From Haliotis rufescens (taxonomy: Eukaryota), in NCBI RefSeq assembly GCF_023055435.1, contig NW_025963891.1:19344001-19408000 (forward strand): a DNA stretch of 64,000 nt, written 5' to 3'. The position numbers and the translations under genes were made by a program. Below, one piece after another: positions 1 to 12,611 of this stretch. How positions within the stretch are numbered: position 1 is the stretch's first letter; each line of letters opens with the position of its first letter. The notes beneath the pieces are model-generated. The model was not told where the DNA came from. It did not search any database and saw only the letters and a program-made list of their open reading frames with translations.

Positions 1-73
1 GATGATATTCTTTATAAAATACAACTGGTTTGGAATTGAGTCCTAGATTTATCCTGATACCAGGCATTAAAAA

Positions 74-74
<1 letters not shown>

Positions 75-114
<40 letters not shown>

Positions 115-474
115 TGCACACACACACTCTTACTATCTCTTTCTCTCTCACACACACTCTTACTATCTTTCTCTCTCTCACACAAACACTCTCTTACTAT
201 ATATCTCTCTCTCTCACACACACACTCTCTTACTGTCTACTAGTATCTCTCTCACACTCTCTTACTGTCTACTAGTATCTCTCTCACACACTCTCTTACT
301 ATCTACTAGTATCTCTCTCACACTCTCTCTTACTATCTACTAGTATCTCTCTCACACTCTCTTACTATCTACTAGTATCTCTCTCACACTCTCTTACTAT
401 CTACTAGTATCTCTCTCACACACTCTTACTATCTCTTTCTCTCACACACTCTTACTATCTCTCTCTCTCTCTCA
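75..474. repeat. (CA)n microsatellite grading into a compound CT/CA minisatellite (ctctctcacacactctcttactatctactagtat-like units)
   Basis: Directly visible tandem repeats; explains ORFs 12..221 and 30..275. Confidence 0.95.
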
Positions 475-535
475 GTTGTAGAATTTCATCACAATATCTT
501 GACCCAAATGTTGTTTCTCCAAAGTTACTCTGATA

Positions 536-784
536 ATCTCCGGGGTCTAGTGGTAGAGCGCCCGGCCTGAGAGAGGAAGGTTGGACGTTCAATCCCGGCC
601 GCATCATACAAAAAACGTTAAAAGGTTGTACATGCTGTTACCCTGACTGGCGCTTGGCATTAAGGGGCTAAAGCAAGGACTGGTCAGCTCAAGTATTCTG
701 TGTCTGAGTGGGGTATTCATGTTAAACTGCGCCATGGTATCCCTGTGGGCTAGCACTATAAATCTAGTAATAGCACGCACACGC

Positions 785-829
<45 letters not shown>

Positions 830-893
830 TGCATGTCGCTAAACATGTTCAATAATCTTGAACGCGACGTTACACCCTATTTCACCTCACCTC
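536..893 (+). mobile_element. tRNA-headed V-SINE-like element (family B) with internal (CA)n expansion
   Basis: A/B-box-like head (gtctagtggtagagcg...gttcaatccc), V-domain-like ctggcgcttggcattaaggg, tail gacgttacac...cacctcacctc; homologous to 12612-12963 and 48316-48669. Confidence 0.85.
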
Positions 894-1197
894 AAAGTTC
901 CTCTGAAAGGCAACCCGAAGGCCTACGACGGCAGCAAACGGACTCTTCTTTGCAATCCTTGCTGTTGTAGACAACAGATGGGACACATTCAATACCTTTG
1001 CTAAAGCGGACAGCAATTCTTTTGCTTCCAATCGTCCGACGACGTTGTTCGGCTGTGCGCCAGTTAGAAGTGACATGACTTCGCAGTTGGAACAGTTACT
1101 CACAGACAACATCGTGCCAACTGAGAACCGTCCCAATTTGTGGGTCCTTTCATGACGTTTCACGTGATCTATCACGTGGATCTCACACGGTGTTCGT

Positions 1198-1432
1198 GAC
1201 CCGTGAAGACCAGGGTTCGATTTGATCTTCAGCAATCCATGCTTGTCCTAAGAGGCGACTAACAGGATTGGGTGGTGAGCCTCGCTGACTTGGTTCATGC
1301 ATGTCATCGTATGCCAATTGTGTGGATAGAGTCTCATTGTGTCAATCACTGGATTGTTTGGTCCAGACTCGATTATTTACAGACCGTCGTCATATCGCTG
1401 GTATATTGCCGATTGTGGCGTTAAACAATAAA
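1198..1432 (+). mobile_element. SINE family A (gacccgtgaag head, ggcgttaaacaa tail)
   Basis: Matches more than 12 other copies in the window. Confidence 0.9.
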
Positions 1433-1435
1433 CAC

Positions 1436-1612
1436 GAGGAAGAGAATATATGGATGTCAACTTCTTTATTATGAGGAACACAACGTTCATCTGATGAAGG
1501 AGTAAGCATATACTCCGAAACGTTGTGTTCCTCATAATAAAGAAGTTGACATCCATACATTCTCTTATTAATGTGTATCACTTCTAAATGCCTTTCAAAG
1601 ACTAAAAACATA
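1436..1612 (+). mobile_element. Penelope-like element pseudo-LTR remnant with inverted 5' duplication
   Basis: ~48-bp near-perfect inverted repeat (1440-1487 vs 1519-1567) around a hammerhead core; the same sequence ends the GIY-YIG-bearing element at 20328-21143. Confidence 0.8.
1488..1527 (+). ncRNA. Minimal type I hammerhead ribozyme (Penelope type)
   Basis: CTGATGA (1491-1497), stem II GGAGTA/TACTCC, GAAA (1517-1520), palindromic AACGTT stem III. Confidence 0.75.
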
Positions 1613-2019
1613 TGGCGTTCGTGTTATGTATTTTTACGTTTGTGTTTTGCAGCATATACATACAATGTTTATCATGGGCCAAGGACACTGCTGTTCCAAT
1701 ATTTACCTGCAACTGGACAAAACAAAATATATGATAAAATCGTACCATAAATACTATTAGCAATGCAATACAATACAAACAACGCTAACATACACTGTGG
1801 TCATAAATCTGTCTGTCAAGCCAGTCGAAGCCCACCAGATGTCACAATGAAGTATATTAAGAAATAAATACCAGTTTTTTATACTTGATACTGGGAACCT
1901 ACTGTATGCACCGACCTATAGGATTGATTCATCCACACATCCAACACTGCCATTCAGGGTTAAATCCTAATATTTATAAATATTCCGTCATATCGTTTTC
2001 CAAACAATGTTGGGAGGTT

Positions 2020-2155
2020 GGGGCATCCTGGTGGTTAAAGGATTCGGTCGTCACGCTGAAGACCCGGGTTCGAATCCACACATTGGTATATTGGTGTTCC
2101 GACGCCGTGACATTGCTGGAATATTTTCAAAAGCGTCGTAAAATCATACTCACTC
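2020..2155 (+). mobile_element. Short tRNA-headed SINE (family C)
   Basis: tggtggttaaag...gggttcgaatcc head, gctggaatatt...actcactc tail; homologous to 28800-28953 and 48127-48285. Confidence 0.75.
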
Positions 2156-2267
2156 GACTAACATTGTAAGTTAATGAGGAATCACCGCACCCAGAAAATT
2201 GATAATTGACTTTTCTTGACTTTTTCAGTGTAATTGGCCCTTAATTAAGATATATTACTGAATTGAC

Positions 2268-2500
2268 CTACCCGTGAAGATTCAGGGTAGAATGGATCTT
2301 AAGCAACCCATGCTTGCCGTTAAAGGCAACTATGCTAGTCGTATGAGGCGAATAACGGGATCGTGTGGTCACCCTCGCTGACTTGGTTGACGCATGTCAT
2401 CGTATCCCAATTGCGTGTCTGGACCAGACTCGATTATTTACAGACCACCGTCATATAGCTGAAATGTTGCTGAGTACGGCGTTAAACAACAAACAAACAC
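2268..2500 (+). mobile_element. SINE family A
   Basis: cccgtgaaga head to ggcgttaaacaacaaac tail, with internal deletion. Confidence 0.9.
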
Positions 2501-2639
2501 AACTGAATTGGCAACACGCATTTGGATTCGTGTCCAAGCATATGGTATGTAATTTTCACTTCCTGAACATATAAAAAATCGCCTAACTCATTAGTGACCA
2601 AGTGCGAATGTACATCAAATGTACAATTTTTTTTATAAA

Positions 2640-3850
2640 AAATGTGAATTTGTCTAACTGAAAATCGAAGAAATGACAAAATGAAAAATGACAGCTCACA
2701 AAATACTTCTTTAGATTCATTTTTTTCAAGTGAGAACAATACCCAGTTGTTTCTAAATATAACAGTACTTAGGATTACTAAACAATGAATTCAGATGTTA
2801 TGAAACTTCGTAGCAATTTTGAAAATGGACGCTAATGTGCAAACGCTTTGATGTGTTTTCGTTTGGACAGGTGACATATTGCATAAATCCATCCTCCTTT
2901 GTGGACTATGATATGCTGACAGCGGCTTTCGCCAAATGAATGGCACGTACTACAGCGACAAAGGTCATTGTCCATAAAGTTTTAAAGCTGATGATGCGAC
3001 GACAAATATCATACCCTTACTCTGCCCTGTCATGCAACTTCAGCTTATGGTTTTATACAATTACATAAACATCGATGTCTTGGTAGTGTTGACGTCATAG
3101 GTCAGGTGCCTTGACCACATGCCCTACAAAACGATCTAACAATGTAGAGAATTTTTAAAAGGATGACTTATAAAGTGCAAGATGTCACACCACGGAGAGT
3201 ACACCTATGTTACAAGCGCATGACAACTCTTTGATCACCCAACTCTTTGTACATTTCAACTTCTTTCTGAAAGCCCCGGGGAGAAGGAAAACTATTAGAC
3301 GCTTGACGATTAGGCTGTATAAGAAATGTTTCTCGAGCACATATATTTCAACAGTGAGAAGTACGCCTGCTTCATACAACGCGGGGAATTTGAATTTTGT
3401 TTTTATTGGCAAATATGATCTTCACGCAGGAACTAACCAGGAACCTGTTCCACAAAGCGATCTTAGTACTAAGTTGGTCGTAACTCCCATACTTCATCAT
3501 AGGCCTACGATCAACGTAGCACTAAGATCGCTTTGAGGAACAGGGCCCAGATGAGCCAATGCCCAAGAAACGTTTCCTTTTTTAGCCTCAGACATTCAGG
3601 AACAACTTGCTGTGCTATGCTGTTAGTTTTCCAGATGGAAACAAATATCATGTTCATCTGTCAAAATTTGAAAAAAAACGAACTAAAAAGTGGTTTTACA
3701 ATTATTAAATTGGTATTATATTTTTCAGTTGAAGCAGTCATACATTGGTTAAAAATGAAGCTGTTAATGGTAAGATGTCCTTATTGAGGACTTTCAATGC
3801 ATGTGGACAAAACGTAAATATTCTAGTTAAAAGTTCTTGATACCAAATTA
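2640..3850 (-). pseudogene. Decayed family-B/Methuselah-like GPCR, 7TM region plus end of ectodomain
   Basis: Minus-strand motifs in the expected order across stops: TM1/ICL1 'TKFKFPAL' (~3380), TM2 'YSLIVKRLIVFLLPG', TM3 'CNIGVLSVV*HLALYKSSF*' (~3200), ECL2/TM5 'GYDICRRIISFKTLWTMTFVAVV' (~3010), TM6 'HISVHF/KIATKFHNI*I', TM7-like 'SFFILSF'. Confidence 0.55.
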
Positions 3851-4309
3851 AACCAATCCTCCATGGATGTGGGATGTACGTTATTAAGAGGCTAGTGAAG
3901 AAGTTCATTATTTAACGTGTAAGCCTATCTTGGTACAGATGGACTGGGCGAATGTGATCGCTTTATTGTAAAACGTATCCGCTATTGGTTAAGGTGACCT
4001 CCCATTTCTACTGGGTATCACATCCTCTCGTGATACCCAGTCTCTGCTAGGTGAATAGAGGCATAAATCGAACATTCCCAAAGGAGGCATCACAGGTTTT
4101 ATAAGTCGTGTTTCAGTCTAGGACAGGACCGGTGCTCTGGAAACTCTCAAGACCGAAGCTTGCAAGGTAAATGCTACCGCCCGCTGCCTGTGCTGCACAA
4201 GTCCACCCGCGTGTGCAGCAGGGGTAGCGGAGAGCGGGACACGGATTACCTTGGTAATCAAAAGGTATTGAATTGGCCAAGGGCAACGGGGAATGTTTTA
4301 GACAAATGC

Positions 4310-4720
4310 AATGATTAAAATTGTCTCAGGTCGGTAAAAACGTTGGGAAAACAGCGTAAGCACGCGGTCGAAGGCAAAGCAAATCGCCGTGCAGCAAGAT
4401 TGCGCCTGTTATCCGTGCTAAGATCTCTGATCATTTCTTCGGATCCCAGAATTATTATTCTTGGTCTGTCGATACCACACCCTACTCTCGTAGGCAACGT
4501 GTAACCAGGGTGTGCAGAATTGAGTCTCATGGTCGTGCCTTGATCCATGAACGATGATACCAGAATATTATCCAATGATTTCTGGCATGTGAACTCAAAA
4601 TCCCTGCTCCTGGTGGCTTCACCATTGTGTCCCTTATGAAGCTGCCAAGACGTGAAGTAACTGTTAAAACTCAAATACATGAGACGAGATTCTGTAGCCA
4701 TCCCTCAAATGCTAATTTAA
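4310..4720 (-). mobile_element. Highly degraded non-LTR (CR1/L2/Jockey-group) reverse transcriptase fragment
   Basis: 'FTCQKSLDNILVSSFMD' resembles LTSxCCKxLEHIxxSxIMxH, and a downstream frameshifted 'AFDRV' resembles KAFDxV. Confidence 0.45.
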
Positions 4721-4784
4721 AGGAAGAGAAAATGGTACGCTTCCGACAATACCATGAGCATGTGTTTACGAGTCAATATCAAAT

Positions 4785-5520
4785 AGTGATGATACCAGGT
4801 GTTCGCGAACAGGTGACCGTATCTTGATCCTACGGTGGCACCCGTCACAAACACATGCAAACGCAAGGCAACTGTTCACCTAAAACAACACGGGGACAAG
4901 TTTCTGGTACAAGGCAAATTTGGGAATTGATTCTGACCTTATTTTGGTCCCTGATGTGTCAAATGTGTCCTCCACATGTCGACCATAAAAGATTTTGAAA
5001 GCTTTACTAAGGCCTTGAATGTTGTAACCTTGAATCGTATGACGAAAAAGCATGCTCGATTGAACCTCAAAACTTGTGAAATTTACACACCAGTGCCTGA
5101 AGGAATATTGCTCAAAATAAAGAGAAAATTAACTGTTGTAAGGTTGAAGTCATCCCTTGCCAGCCTGTGATTTCCTGTCCTTATCTCAATTCCTATGGGA
5201 AATACCAACTCCGTCAGAAATGTTCGCAAGTTCCTCTCAGCAGAAAGAAAATCGTGATGAAATAAGTGTCTTAGAAAATCTGGGTCGAATTAACCATTGT
5301 TTCCGCTGCCAATCTTAGTTCCCTATCCTGAATATGAAAACGCCGGAGAATGTCAAGAGTTACGGAAACCCATTTGTCTGGAAGGAATCTCAACGTCCTG
5401 ACCATACAAGTATTGACTGTGATATACATACTCCATTTTTGAACAATTTTAACAATTTATCTAAAATTGAAAAGACCTTAATACCGGGATTGGCATTTCT
5501 TTAATAGCATAAGGCTTTGT
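4785..5520 (-). mobile_element. Penelope-like retroelement RT/thumb fragment with 3' end
   Basis: RDDFNL...SNIPSG.GV.ISQ remnants; homologous to 23600-24170, including the 3' block gtgacgg...cagg...cacctggtatc. Confidence 0.7.
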
Positions 5521-5814
5521 GTTCACTGCGCAATTCGAACTGTGACATATGTTGTGTCAATCAATTGACAATATGGGCGCATGCTGCCGAGACTCCTAGA
5601 TTAAGAAATACGGTTTTATATTCCCCTACTCCCCCTCCGCCAACACACACTTCTTTCCAGCTCATCCCACAGATAGTCCATTGAGTTGAGAACCGGTGTT
5701 TCTGGCGACCACGGCAGTGTGTTAATGTTGTGTTCTCTCAGTATAAGACACGTGCTGTGTGGGAACGAATATTGTCAAGATAAAAAAATGCCACATGACT
5801 ACAGCACCACACAG

Positions 5815-5990
5815 CCCATGAGAATTCCGGTCAGAATATAGGTCCCCTGTAACCTTTGCTTGTTGTAATAGTCGACTAAACGGATCGGGTTGTCATGCTC
5901 GGGGACATGGTTGACTGCATGTCATCGTTTCCCAAATTGCGTAGATCGAATATAGGTACCAAGCAACCGATGATGGTCGTAGGAGGCGAT
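5815..5990 (+). mobile_element. Degraded SINE family A 5' part(s) abutting the minisatellite
   Basis: cccatgagaattccgg...gtcgactaaacggatcggg..., then a second partial head gtcgtaggaggcga. Confidence 0.6.
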
Positions 5991-8866
5991 CTTCAACCCC
6001 AACAACAGGCCATGTATACCAGGTCATACCCCACCAGCCTTCGTCCCAACAACAAGCCATGTATATCAGGTCATACTCCACCAGCCTTCGTCCCAACAAC
6101 AAGCCATGTATATCAGGTCATACTCCACCAGCTTCGTCCCAACAACAAGCCATGTATATCAGGTCATACTCCACCAGCCTTCGTCCCAACAACAAGCCAT
6201 GTATATCAGGTCATACTCCACCAGCCTTCGTCCCAACAACAAGCCATGTATGTCAGGTCATACTCCACCAGCCTTCGTCCCAACAACAAGCCATGTATGT
6301 CAGGTCATACTCCACCAGCCTTCGTCCCAACAACAAGCCATGTATGTCAGGTCATACTCCACCAGCCTTCGTCCCAACAACAAGCCACGTATATCAGGTC
6401 ATACTCCACCAGCCTTCGTCCCAACAACAAGCCATGTATGTCAGGTCATACTCCACCAGCCTTCGTCCCAACAACAGGCCTTGTATGTCAGGTCATAATC
6501 CACCAGCCTTCGTCCCAACAACAAGCCATGTATGTCAGGTCATACTCCACCAGCCTTCATCTCAACAACAGGCCCTGTATGTCAGGTCATACTCCACCAG
6601 CCTTCGTCCCAACAACAGGCCATGTATGTCAGGTCATACTCCACCAGCCTTCATCCCAACAACAGGCCATGTATGTCAGGCAGGTCATACTCCACCATCC
6701 TTCGTCCCAACAACAGGCCATGTATGTCAGGTCATACTCCACCAGCCTTCATCCCAACAACAGGCACATCATGTATATCAGGTCATACTCCACCAGCCTT
6801 CGTCCCAACAACAAGCCATGTATGTCAGGTCATACTCCACCAGCCTTCGTCCCAACAACAAGCCATGTATGTCAGGTCATACTCCACCAGCCTTCATCCC
6901 AACAACAAGCCATGTATGTCAGGTCATACTCCACCAGCTTTCATCCAAACAACAGGCCATGTATGTCAGGTCATACTCCACCAGCCTTCATCCAAACAAC
7001 AGGCTATGTATGTCAGGTCATACTCCACCAGCCTTCATCCCAACCACAGGCACATCATGTGTGTCAGGTCATACTCCACCAGCCTTCATCCCAACAATAG
7101 GCCATGTATGTCAGGTCATACTCCACCAGCCTTCATCCCAACAACAGGCTATGTATGTCAGGTCATACTCCACCAGCCTTCATCCCAACAACTGGCCATG
7201 TATGTCAGGTCATACTCCACCAGCCTTCATCCCAACAACAGGCCATGTATGTCAGGCAGGTCATACTCCACCAGCCTTCGTCCCAACAACTGGCCATGTA
7301 TGTCAGGTCATACTCCACCAGCCTTCATCCCAACAACAGGCCATGTATGTCAGGCAGGTCATACTCCACCAGCCTTCATCCCAACAACTGGCCATGTATG
7401 TCAGGTCATACTCCACCAGCCTTCATCCCAACAACAGGCCATGTATGTCAGGCAGGTCATACTCCACCATCCTTCGTCCCAACAACTGGCCATGTATGTC
7501 AGGTCATACTCCACCAGCCTTCGTCCCAACAACAAGCCATGTATGTCAGGTCATACTCCACCAGCCTTCATCCAAACAACAGGCCATGTATGTCAGGTCA
7601 TACTCCACCAGCCTTCATCCCAACAACAGGCTATGTATGTCAGGTCATACTCCACCAGCCTTCGTCCCAACAACAAGCCATGTATGTCAGGTCATACTCC
7701 ACCAGCCTTCGTCCCAACAACAAGCCATGTATGTCAGGTCATACTCCACCAGCCTTCTTGCAAACAACAGGCCATGTATGTCAGGTCATACTCCACCAGC
7801 CTTCATCCCAACAACAGGCTATGTATGTCAGGTCATACTCCACCAGCCTTCATCCCAACCACAGGCACATCATGTGTGTCAGGTCATACTCCACCAGCCT
7901 TCATCCCAACAATAGGCCATGTATGTCAGGTCATACTCCACCAGCCTTCATCCCAACAACAGGCTATGTATGTCAGGTCATACTCCACCAGCCTTCATCC
8001 CAACAACAGGCCATGTATGTCAGGCAGGTCATACTCCACCAGCCTTCGTCCCAACAACTGGCCATGTATGTCAGGTCATACTCCACCAGCCTTCATCCCA
8101 ACAACAGGCCATGTATGTCAGGCAGGTCATACTCCACCAGCCTTCATCCCAACAACTGGCCATATATGTCAGGTCATACTCCACCAGCCTTCATCCCAAC
8201 AACAGGCCATGTATGTCATGTCATACTCCACCAGCCTTCATCCCATCAACAGGCCATGTATGTCAGGTCATACTCCACCAGCCTTCATCCCAACAACTGG
8301 CCATGTATGTCAGGTCATACTCCACCAGCCTTCATCCCAACAACTGGCCATGTATGTCAGGTCATACTCCACCAGCCTTCATCCCAACAACAGGCCATGT
8401 ATGTCAGGTCATACTCCACCAGCCTTCATCCCAACAACAGGTCATGTATGTCAGGTCATACTCCACCAGCCTTCATCTCAACAACAGGCCCTGTATGTCA
8501 GGTCATACTCCACCAGCCTTCATCCCAACAACAGGCCATGTATGTCAGGTCATACTCCACCAGCCTTCATCCCAACAACAGGCCATGTATGTCAGGTCAT
8601 ACTCCACCAGCCTTCATCCCAACAACAGGTCATGTATGTCAGGTCATACTCCACCAGCCTTCATCCCAACAACAGGCCATGTATGTCAGGTCATACTCCA
8701 CCAGCCTTCATCCCAACAACAGGCCATGTATGTCAGGTCATACTCCACCAGCCTTCATCCCAACAACAGGTCATGTATGTCAGGTCATACTCCACCAGCC
8801 TTCATCCCAACAACAGTCCATGTATGTCAGGTCATACTCCACCAGCCTTCATCCCAACAACAGGCC
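5991..8866. repeat. 47-bp minisatellite, about 61 copies (catgtatgtcaggtcatactccaccagccttcatcccaacaacaggc)
   Basis: Head-to-tail units without spacers; period 47 (e.g. 6058 to 6105); internal ~815-bp higher-order duplication. Confidence 0.98.
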
Positions 8867-9669
8867 ACACATAGACGGCCTTCAACGTGTTATTTTCTTC
8901 TTCTAATGCCAAAATATTTCACTCCAGGCCCCAAGGGAGATTCGGAGTGAAACATGTGACATTTTACCTTGCTGACATGTTGTCGACAAGACGAGCGTGA
9001 GCCAGAAACAGTATCTCCCACGTAAATGTCAACGCCGACAAGCTCGTGTGAGTTGGGGGAGGTTGGGGGGAGGTTGGGGGAGGTTGGGGGTTCAGTAGTT
9101 TTGCAGACCTGAAGGTGCAGGAAGTACGTCATCGTGAGGATCATACACGAGTTTGTATTTCATTTGATGACAATTTTCATGAACAACTAAGTGTTTCTTT
9201 CCAACACATCAACACCCATAGCATACGACGGCGGCGGTGACAGTCGAGCCTGACAATCCAGTGATCAGTATCAAGAGCAATGATCCACTCGATCAGGGCA
9301 CCCGGCACGCCGCCAACCAATCTACAAGTCCGACCTCCCGTTCCAGCAAGTGCCAGTTAGTTTGGTGTGGCAGCTGCATGTAAAGGTAATAGTATAGCAT
9401 CGCGCATCATGTTGACAAACATCGCGTCATATTTAGTCAATTCCTCTGAATGTCTACCATATAACATTTGGGAATGACGTGACCAGGCCTTTGATGGAGA
9501 TCTTGATTTAAAAGCTTAACTGTAAGCAAAATGTGTCTGTCCATGAACTTACCAGTATGTTGCATTGGAAAGGCTGCTTTAAGAGAATTCAATCTTTGTG
9601 ACTGCTGACATGTGCAAGTTCAGAATTCAATCACTGTATCATGTGATCGCGGTTGGATTCAACAAGTAC

Positions 9670-9925
9670 AGTGAGTGAGCGGGTTGGGTTTAACGTCGCT
9701 TTTAACATTATTCCAGTTACATCAAGGCGTGTCAGCTTAATGTGGGAGGAAAGCCCGAAGTGATGCAGATCTGAGACATTAACCACTTCGGTGAAACCCA
9801 CGAGCACGGGTATGGTGCTGAAAAACCTAGAAACATAATCGGGGCGAATCGGGATTCGAACCCACAATCATAGGTTTCTGGCGTGCCCAAGGGACACAAC
9901 TCTGCACAGCGAATCGCGGCGCCTT
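9670..9925 (-). mobile_element. tRNA-headed SINE (family D)
   Basis: Reverse complement has gggttcgaatcccg B box, gggtttcaccgaag...gctttcctccc body and gcgacgttaaacccaac tail; relatives at 11910-12000, 22170-22350, 42680-42850, 52530-52890, 53850-54000. Confidence 0.75.
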
Positions 9926-10358
9926 AGATTATTGCACGTACATAGCGACATGCGTGCGTGCATGCGTGCATGCGTGCATGCGTGCACGTGTGCGTGCGTG
10001 CGCAGTCTAATGCGGATTGTATAGTCCTAGCCCACTGAGATACCATGCCGCAGTTTAACATGAATACAACTGAATACCTACTCCGAACCGACCAGTCCTC
10101 TTGCACTTATATAGCGACATGCATGCACGTGTGTGTGGCTGCTTGTACTAGTCCGGACTGATGCCGATTTATAGTGCTAGCACACTGAGATACCATGCCG
10201 CAGTTTAACATGAATACCTCACTCAGACACAGTATACTGACTCCGAGCCGACCAGTACTTGTTTTAGCCCCTGAATGCCAAGCGCCAGGCAGGGTAACAA
10301 AAAGTAAATCTTTTAACGTCTTTTGGTATGACGCTCTCCGGGCAGACGCTTGACCACT
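9926..10358 (-). mobile_element. Two nested/partial V-SINE-like (family B) copies with (GCAT/GCGT)n
   Basis: Reverse complement matches 12612-12963; body partly duplicated. Confidence 0.8.
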
Positions 10359-10640
10359 AGTAGTAGAAGGGGTAGTATTGGTGGTGGTTGTAGTGGTAGC
10401 GGTGGTAAATGGTGGTGGTAGTGGTAATTGTGGTTGTGGTGGTATTGGTATTGGTATTCGTAGTGCTATCGGTAGTGGTGGTGGTAGTGGTATTGGTATT
10501 AGTAGTAGTAGTGGTGGTGGTGATGGTAGTGGTGATGCTAGTGGTAATGCTAGTGGTAGTGGTAGTAGAAGTGGTAGTGGTGGTGGTGGTGGTAATGCTA
10601 TAGGTAGTGGTAGTGGTAGTGGTAGTGGTAGTGGTGGTGA
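10359..10640. repeat. (GGT/AGT)n trinucleotide low-complexity tract
   Basis: Directly visible. Confidence 0.95.
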
Positions 10641-10901
10641 TTTGTTTGTTGTTTAACGCTGCACTCAACAATATTCCAGCTATATGATGGCGGTCTGTAA
10701 ATAATCGAGTCTGGACCAGACAATCCAGTGATTGACATCATGAGCATAAATCTACGCAATTAGGATACGATGACATCAATTATCCTAATCGGCCAGCCTG
10801 GCCACCCGACCCCGTTAGTCGCCTCTTACGACAAGCATAGTCGCCTTTTACAGCAAACATAAGTTACTGAAGACTTATTCTACTTTGGATCTTCACGGGT
10901 C
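10641..10901 (-). mobile_element. SINE family A
   Basis: Full-length reverse copy (tttgtttgttgtttaacg...cttcacgggtc). Confidence 0.9.
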
Positions 10902-10904
10902 AGT

Positions 10905-11005
10905 TGTGTTGATGTTGGTGGTAGTAGTTGTAGTAGTAGTAGTGATGTTGGTGGTGTTGGTGGTAGTAGTAGTAGTACTAGTTGTAGTAGCAGAAGTAGT
11001 GGTGT

Positions 11006-11042
<37 letters not shown>

Positions 11043-11070
11043 AGTGTTTGTGGTAGTAGTAGTAGTGGAT
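10905..11070. repeat. (GTA/GTG)n trinucleotide tract
   Basis: Directly visible. Confidence 0.95.
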
Positions 11071-12611
11071 AGAGGAACCATACTACCAATAACACCTGTA
11101 TGAGAGAGACTAGAGTACATTACAGCTTTGGTTGTACATAAACGTCAATGACTGCCTGCACTATGTCCCAGTTTTCATGACACACGATACATGGTTTTGT
11201 GTTAGGAGTTAGTTCTCCCAATACTACGGTACACGACTTCTTGTCTCATGACGCCACGTGTCTCTACTACTGACACTTTTAGATCCACACGCATGCTGCC
11301 AGACCTATTCTCTTCTTTGTCAAGTCTTTATTCTCTAAATAAGTTTTTTTTGTCAATATTGTGACTACTGATGTCATTTCTGTTGACGTTAATAAGTGGA
11401 TTGATTTGTCTGGTTTAGTTACGAATCCATTTTCAATCAGTATGTCTTCATTTGGCATAAAAAAAACAACTTTACAGCTTAAACATGCGGCAAAAAACTT
11501 GTTAAAGACAAACCGAAAAAGGGGTAACAGAATTGGAATAAACCCATTCTGTTCCAACCAGCTTTCATCCAAAGTCTGTCTGCCCAAATGAAAGTAATGT
11601 AGATAAGAAATGTAGTTTGTCCCATTGTCGAGGCCTCAAATAAACTGCTTTCAGCTTCACTTGGATATTTGATGTGTTCAAATGTTATTTATTACGACGT
11701 TTATCAGCCATTATTGCTACTACCTTTTAACGTATTGTTGCATTCAACCTGACTTTAAAATCAATGCACGTTTACACGTATTTCATTTCCCCCAGACGGT
11801 TCAGAGAAGTAATATCCGTACACTAATTTCATGCAAATCCAATCTGGCGATTAACAATTCGAGATGTCTGAAATTATTCGTTGAGGCCTAGGGGGGTGTA
11901 CCCTGACGTTGAATGAGTGAGTTGGGTTTAACGCCGCTTTTTTCAGTATTCCAGTTAAATCACGGCGTGTCAGCTTAATGTGGGTGGAAAGCCCGCTCTG
12001 ACACTGAACAGTGCAAACCGAATATATATTGATGCCCACCTTGGTTAATCAGCTACTCTCGCTGGCCACTACTCTCTGACATTTTGCTCAGGAAAAGTTT
12101 TTCCCGAAATTGGTTGAAGCAAATTGCTTTCTGATTCACAATTTCAGTAAAAACATGTGCCATGGTTCACGAATAACATGCACATAAAATGAATCACGTT
12201 TGAAGTAATCTCTGCAGTGTTTTCTGGCAATATGTAGCACAAGTAATTAACTCACCTCAATTATTCAATACATATGTACAATTTTAACTTCTTAACTCAA
12301 ACAACATCTCGATGTATCGTTGTAAACGATGTAATGACATAGACCCGTAGGGTCGTCATTAACAATTTAGTATCAGTACTACGCTTGTCTCGTAATACGG
12401 ATAATTCGATATACAGTAAATATGGTTATAACTCAACTCAACTAGACTATATATCCTCTATTCTTCATTGAAGGTACGTCACGTTTTCACCCATACACCC
12501 CTGATAAACTCATAGCTAGAGGTAACAAGCGAAGTGGAAGACATTACCCATACTGTTCCCGGAGTGTTATATGGCAAGTATAAGGCTTTGTGTGTTACTT
12601 CTTTTGGCCCA

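Noticed and set aside
882-1235. 117-aa minus-strand ORF as a gene
   Set aside because: Starts inside a SINE and ends in another SINE tail; no recognisable domain
5991-8866. CRISPR array
   Set aside because: Units are contiguous with no unique spacers, there are no cas genes and the context is eukaryotic
5895-8950. Long ORFs of 343-780 aa as a real repetitive protein gene
   Set aside because: They arise from a stop-free 47-bp unit open in all three frames; indels of 1, 3 and 4 bp are tolerated and there are no unique coding flanks
10357-11120. Mucin-like poly-Thr, Gly-Ser or poly-Val ORFs
   Set aside because: Translations of trinucleotide microsatellites flanking a SINE
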